Positions 16,377 to 20,000 of a stretch of DNA of 20,000 nucleotides are shown here, piece after piece. A model generated the notes under the pieces. The model was not told the origin of the DNA. It did no database searches and saw nothing but the letters and a program-made list of their open reading frames with translations. How positions within the stretch are numbered: the first letter of the stretch is position 1; each line of letters starts with the position of its first letter. The position numbers were made by a program, and so were the translations under genes. The DNA comes from an uncultured virus (IMG/VR IMGVR_UViG_3300035698_013592) (Duplodnaviria; Heunggongvirae; Uroviricota; Caudoviricetes), in the IMG/VR virus record IMGVR_UViG_3300035698_013592; one strand, written 5' to 3'.

Positions 16377-16497
16377 GATTGCCGAGGGCGTCGTTTTGGC
16401 GCCCCGGCTGGTCTTCGCCTGCTTACAACGTCTACGAGGCCGCAACCTGATCCGCTACGACAATCGCGGCGGCTGGTGGGCGGAGGAAGAGTGCTAA
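16279..16497 (+). CDS. Small winged-helix protein
   Basis: ATG at 16279 after GAGGAG; LRLREIAEGVVLAPRLVFACLQRLRGRNLIRY...GGWW; overlaps the upstream gene by 98 nt. Confidence 0.65.
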   Translation: MSNTSTQKTRSTVDAVIRKFFSYHRERALRLREIAEGVVLAPRLVFACLQRLRGRNLIRYDNRGGWWAEEEC

Positions 16498-16508
16498 GGA
16501 GAGCTACC

Positions 16509-16850
16509 ATGGCTGGATGTTCAGTCGAGTACGATGCACAGTGTGATGACACGGCTAAAAGAAAGTGCGTCATCTGCCGGAGATGGACGTGTAACAGTTG
16601 TTCAGTCTTCAAGGACTTACCGCGCAAGTTGGACGCGTGTATCTGCATGGGCTGTATCGAGGAGGCCGAGCGTTACGAAACATATGCGGACCTCTATGCT
16701 TTGGCGCAGGCCAACATGTTTGAGTCAAATCCGAATGAGACGCCGTTCTTAGACGACAACATACTCGGGTTTGATGCGTGGGTAGGGCTGGGACCTCGCG
16801 GAGGTCAAAGACAGCAAAGGGATCGTGAGATGGCGTTCTTTAGAGACTGA
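16509..16850 (+). CDS. Cys-rich zinc-finger-like protein
   Basis: RBS AAGGAG; C...C...CVIC...CNSC...CMGC. Confidence 0.7.
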   Translation: MAGCSVEYDAQCDDTAKRKCVICRRWTCNSCSVFKDLPRKLDACICMGCIEEAERYETYADLYALAQANMFESNPNETPFLDDNILGFDAWVGLGPRGGQRQQRDREMAFFRD

Positions 16851-16859
16851 GGAGAGAAC

Positions 16860-17099
16860 ATGAATCGGTATACGCTTACTGTTGTTGTTGGTTGTATCGT
16901 TTGTGTTGTGGGCATCGCGGTTCTTTGGGTCACGGGACAAAGAGACATCATTCAGCTCTGGACCCCCGCGTGTTGGTTGGCCATGGCCATGGCGGGCTTG
17001 TGGTACAAGTTCGGCACGCACGAGCATAAGTTCGAGTCGACGACTGACATCGCTATGGCATCGGCCATCGTTGCCAGGTATACAAGGGAGGAAACATGA
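16860..17099 (+). CDS. Small membrane protein
   Basis: RBS GAGGAG; two hydrophobic segments; ATGA overlap with the Nudix gene. Confidence 0.7.
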   Translation: MNRYTLTVVVGCIVCVVGIAVLWVTGQRDIIQLWTPACWLAMAMAGLWYKFGTHEHKFESTTDIAMASAIVARYTREET

Positions 17100-17686
17100 A
17101 GCACGATAGCACTGACCGACAGCTCATTGCTGAAGGTAAGCACCTGCAGCTGGATACTGTGCATGTCGTCCGTGAGGATGGCAAGAAGTTTGAGTGGGAA
17201 GTCTGCAGCCGCAGGAACAACCAGATAGCCGTTGTGGTTGTCGCCACGTCGGCGAAGGGCATCATTTTGGTTGAGCAGTACCGCGCCGCTGCGGGCTGTC
17301 ATGTCATCGAATTCCCTGCGGGCATGATCGACGTTGGCGAGACCCCCAGGGAAGCCGCTGTGCGCGAATTACGCGAAGAGACAGGATATATCGGCAGCAG
17401 TCTTGGATTTTTACAGTCAGGACCTGACGCCAGTATCCCGGTATTCTCGTCGTCAGGACTGACGAATGAACGCGTGGTATTCGTTCGTTTGGGTGTTGAC
17501 GACAAGCATAGGACCGCCGTGGACTTTCAAGGGTCCGAGGACATTACGACCCACCATGTTCAGTGGGGGGGCCTATCCGACTTTATTCAGGATTCGGTTT
17601 CCTGTGGTAGCGCGCTCAGTGCGCGCGTCTACGCTTTCCTTGTTGGTCGCAAGTACCTGCAATGGCACGGGGCTAAGGAGCAATGA
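17096..17686 (+). CDS. Nudix hydrolase, ADP-ribose pyrophosphatase (NudF)-like
   Basis: Complete Nudix box GMIDVGETPREAAVRELREETGY, preceded by ILVEQYR...IEFPAG and followed by SSGLTNE and SEDI. Confidence 0.92.
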   Translation: MKHDSTDRQLIAEGKHLQLDTVHVVREDGKKFEWEVCSRRNNQIAVVVVATSAKGIILVEQYRAAAGCHVIEFPAGMIDVGETPREAAVRELREETGYIGSSLGFLQSGPDASIPVFSSSGLTNERVVFVRLGVDDKHRTAVDFQGSEDITTHHVQWGGLSDFIQDSVSCGSALSARVYAFLVGRKYLQWHGAKEQ

Positions 17687-18576
17687 TGATCAACAGCTTT
17701 GAAGGGAAGTACAGATTCTTGTCGAACTTCCACCTGTGTACGATCGTCTTTGAAGGGGCGGTCTACTCGTCGGTGGAACACGCCTACCAAGCATGGAAGA
17801 CCCTCTCGGCCAGCGAGAGAACGCGTATCATGCTTGCCACAACGCCCGGGATGGTGAAGAGGTTCGGACAGGAAGTGACGTTACGGCCGGACTACAGCGA
17901 CGAGACGCGCATCAATGCGATGTATGGGTTTCTCTTGCAGAAGTTTAACAGAACACCATTGTTGCAGCGCCTGCAAGGCACGAGCCCCGAAGACATCGTA
18001 GAGGGCAATACGTGGGGCGATACCTTCTGGGGTGTCTGCGACGGTGACGGGCGTAACCATATGGGCAGGCTGCTCATGAGGATACGTGACGAGCTTGCTG
18101 AGTCTTGTCCGATAGGCAACTACTCGGTTGGATGGGAGTCGGCGCCGAATCACCGCGTTGAGCTCGGCGTTACCGCCCCGGATGGGCAAGAGGTCTACGT
18201 CTGCGACCTGGACGGCACAGACGAGTTCTGCAGGGAGATCTGCCACGCTCTGGACATGATGCAGGACGAGCGACGCACGCTTGTAGACGCACTACGTGAT
18301 GATACGTTTTGTGCCTACTGCGGGGAAAAGTATCCCCATGGAACGCCTAAGCATAGCAACGCGTTACTGACGGAGCACATCAAGAAGTGCGAGAAGCATC
18401 CGGCGTTTGGGATGAATCGTACGTTAAATGCGATTCACTGTTACGTCACCAACGCGACGTGTACCGTGCCGGGATGTCAAGGACCTCTTGCGCCGGACCC
18501 AAGCGACATGTGTGAGATGTGCAGCGTGATCAAACACGTACGTCTGCTCATCGAGAAGCAAGGAGTTCTGAAATGA
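17683..18576 (+). CDS. NADAR (YbiA-like) domain protein with a C-terminal Cys/His extension
   Basis: FLSNF...YSSVEHAYQAWK...QKF...IVEGNTWGDTFWGV...GRNHMGRLLMRIR; the C-terminus has CAYCG...HIKKCEKHP and further Cys pairs. Confidence 0.92.
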   Translation: MMINSFEGKYRFLSNFHLCTIVFEGAVYSSVEHAYQAWKTLSASERTRIMLATTPGMVKRFGQEVTLRPDYSDETRINAMYGFLLQKFNRTPLLQRLQGTSPEDIVEGNTWGDTFWGVCDGDGRNHMGRLLMRIRDELAESCPIGNYSVGWESAPNHRVELGVTAPDGQEVYVCDLDGTDEFCREICHALDMMQDERRTLVDALRDDTFCAYCGEKYPHGTPKHSNALLTEHIKKCEKHPAFGMNRTLNAIHCYVTNATCTVPGCQGPLAPDPSDMCEMCSVIKHVRLLIEKQGVLK

Positions 18577-18848
18577 CGCAGGAAGAGGACTTCGCAGACA
18601 CCATTTGCCGTTGGAAGGCGATAATCGAGGTACGATGCCCGCGTTGCCTCTATGGCGCGCGGGACCTCGGCGATATACGCTGCTGGCACCATTACCATCC
18701 AGGTACTGTGGGCGGCGCCGGTACGGCGTCTTCGGCTCAGTGTGTGCATTTCGTGGATACCTGCAAGATGGGCCGTATCGTGAGAACAAGTATAGTAGTC
18801 CGTGATGGTCCGCTGTTACCACCAATGAAGGAAGAGGAGAAACAATGA
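18573..18848 (+). CDS. Cys-rich hypothetical protein
   Basis: ATGA overlaps at both ends; CPRC motif. Confidence 0.65.
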   Translation: MTQEEDFADTICRWKAIIEVRCPRCLYGARDLGDIRCWHHYHPGTVGGAGTASSAQCVHFVDTCKMGRIVRTSIVVRDGPLLPPMKEEEKQ

Positions 18849-19105
18849 ACGCATACGTAATTGAGTTTCTGAAGTTGAACGGCAAGTCGTACAGGCATCG
18901 TATGTTCGTCAAGAAGGTCAACAACCCCATACCGGCTCGCTCTTACTGCGCGAGTGTCCGCGCGGGTGACCTGTTCATCTGCTATGCGTGTGCAGAGACG
19001 TATATGGATAAGGTTGTCTCTGCGGGCGTTGTGTACACCGGCCGCTGGACGTACCCGAGAGGTCGTTTGAGCATTGAGCTCGTGACCATAGGAGAGCCGG
19101 TATGA
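18845..19105 (+). CDS. Hypothetical protein
   Basis: RBS GAGGAG; ATGA overlaps at both ends. Confidence 0.7.
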   Translation: MNAYVIEFLKLNGKSYRHRMFVKKVNNPIPARSYCASVRAGDLFICYACAETYMDKVVSAGVVYTGRWTYPRGRLSIELVTIGEPV

Positions 19106-19272
19106 ACTCGCACATTTGGTGGTTTGCCATGACAATCGTCATGTTCATTCTTGGCAAGCTATACGGTCGTATTACGGTCGAGGCGGAGATTATTTCCCAT
19201 GACCAGCACGATTCAAATCCGTGCGACACGAAGATTGGACCGTATTGGTACTCTTGTAGGAGGAGAGACTAA
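19102..19272 (+). CDS. Small membrane protein (56 aa; not in the ORF track)
   Basis: RBS AGGAG; MNSHIWWFAMTIVMFILGKLYG...; ATGA overlap upstream and TAATG overlap downstream fill the gap exactly. Confidence 0.7.
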   Translation: MNSHIWWFAMTIVMFILGKLYGRITVEAEIISHDQHDSNPCDTKIGPYWYSCRRRD

Positions 19273-19709
19273 TGAAGTGGTATGATGCAAGATACAGAGA
19301 GGCCATGAATGCACTTAAGCTGCAGTGGCAAGCCGAGAACGGGTATTATTGGGGCTTGAACTGGAGTAATATACTCCGGCCGTTTGTCCACATGCTCAAC
19401 GGCGAGGGTCCGCCGCGTGTGACAACCACCTACGAGGCGTCCTGCACTGTTGCAGATTTCGCTGAGAAGTGGTTGGTCGAGGAGAATACAACCGTTGATT
19501 ACGACGTGATCGACGCCGTGTACTGGGTTTCCGCTGAGCGTACGGGGCCTAAAGGCGGTTCCGGTCTTTTCCCCTATTCGCTGAGGACTGACGGTGTGTT
19601 CCTTAGCGTGTGGGGTGACATGGAGGGTACGTTGTGGGAGTTCAAGGATCGCCACGAAGCGTTGGCTGAGGCGATGGTAGCTGTGCTGAAAGAGAAAGCA
19701 GCACACTAG
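19272..19709 (+). CDS. Hypothetical protein (145 aa)
   Basis: RBS AGGAGGAG; TAATG coupling with the upstream gene. Confidence 0.8.
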   Translation: MKWYDARYREAMNALKLQWQAENGYYWGLNWSNILRPFVHMLNGEGPPRVTTTYEASCTVADFAEKWLVEENTTVDYDVIDAVYWVSAERTGPKGGSGLFPYSLRTDGVFLSVWGDMEGTLWEFKDRHEALAEAMVAVLKEKAAH

Positions 19710-19788
19710 GAGGGAGCAATGAGTAGAAGAAAGTCGTGCAGGTCAAAACGACGGACGCAGCGAACAGGACTATCGGACGCCGAGAGAT

Positions 19789-20000
19789 ATGCGGCGGCTA
19801 CCTATTGCTGAGGAGAGGCTAAAGAAGGCGGACCAGGATGACATATCGATGATGTATATCGAGCCTATTGCCGAACGTCAGAAGCGGATTGGTGACGCGA
19901 TTCCCGCTCTTGCGGAAGGCAACGACCGCTGGCGCATGGCGGCGGAGCGACAGCTTGATGCAGAGTGTCGCCAGCGCAAGCTAGCGGCGTGGCAGGAAGA
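19789..20000 (+). CDS. Partial hypothetical protein running off the window (start uncertain)
   Basis: MRRLPIAEERLKKADQDD... stays open to the window end. Confidence 0.5.
   Translation, partial: MRRLPIAEERLKKADQDDISMMYIEPIAERQKRIGDAIPALAEGNDRWRMAAERQLDAECRQRKLAAWQE

Noticed and set aside
18356..18369. Further copy of the promoter motif (GCAACGCGTTACTG)
   Set aside because: It lies inside the NADAR CDS and lacks the TATA/TACTAT part, so it may be chance.

Overview
This window looks like part of a large, gene-dense bacteriophage (or prophage) accessory/early region. It holds about 35 mostly short, + strand, often translationally coupled genes with AAGGAG/GAGG ribosome-binding sites, and only one convincing minus-strand gene. 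I see no structural, replication, rRNA or tRNA genes. Recognisable products are a stand-alone RAMP/Cas7-like protein (3770-4552), a TcmP-like methyltransferase-fold/HTH protein, a tandem DUF115/MAF-like protein, a sigma70 region-4/HTH protein, a Nudix hydrolase and a NADAR protein. The standout is a 1.7 kb non-coding array directly downstream of the RAMP gene, behind a perfect 13-bp hairpin. It has 53 short anchors (GCGGC consensus, always ending GGY). Between anchors lie runs of 3-7 pentamers of the form NNN-RC plus one closing triplet, so unit lengths fall at 23/28/33/38/43 nt. It is not a CRISPR array. It looks like a guide-RNA array with a gapped 5-nt code, served by a single RAMP protein: a VIPR-like system with an apparently different grammar. 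Other observations include a recurring GTAACGCGTTAC-TATA promoter/operator motif, an amber-interrupted gene, paralog families and a pilin-like leader. All family calls come from motif recognition by eye, not from database searches.
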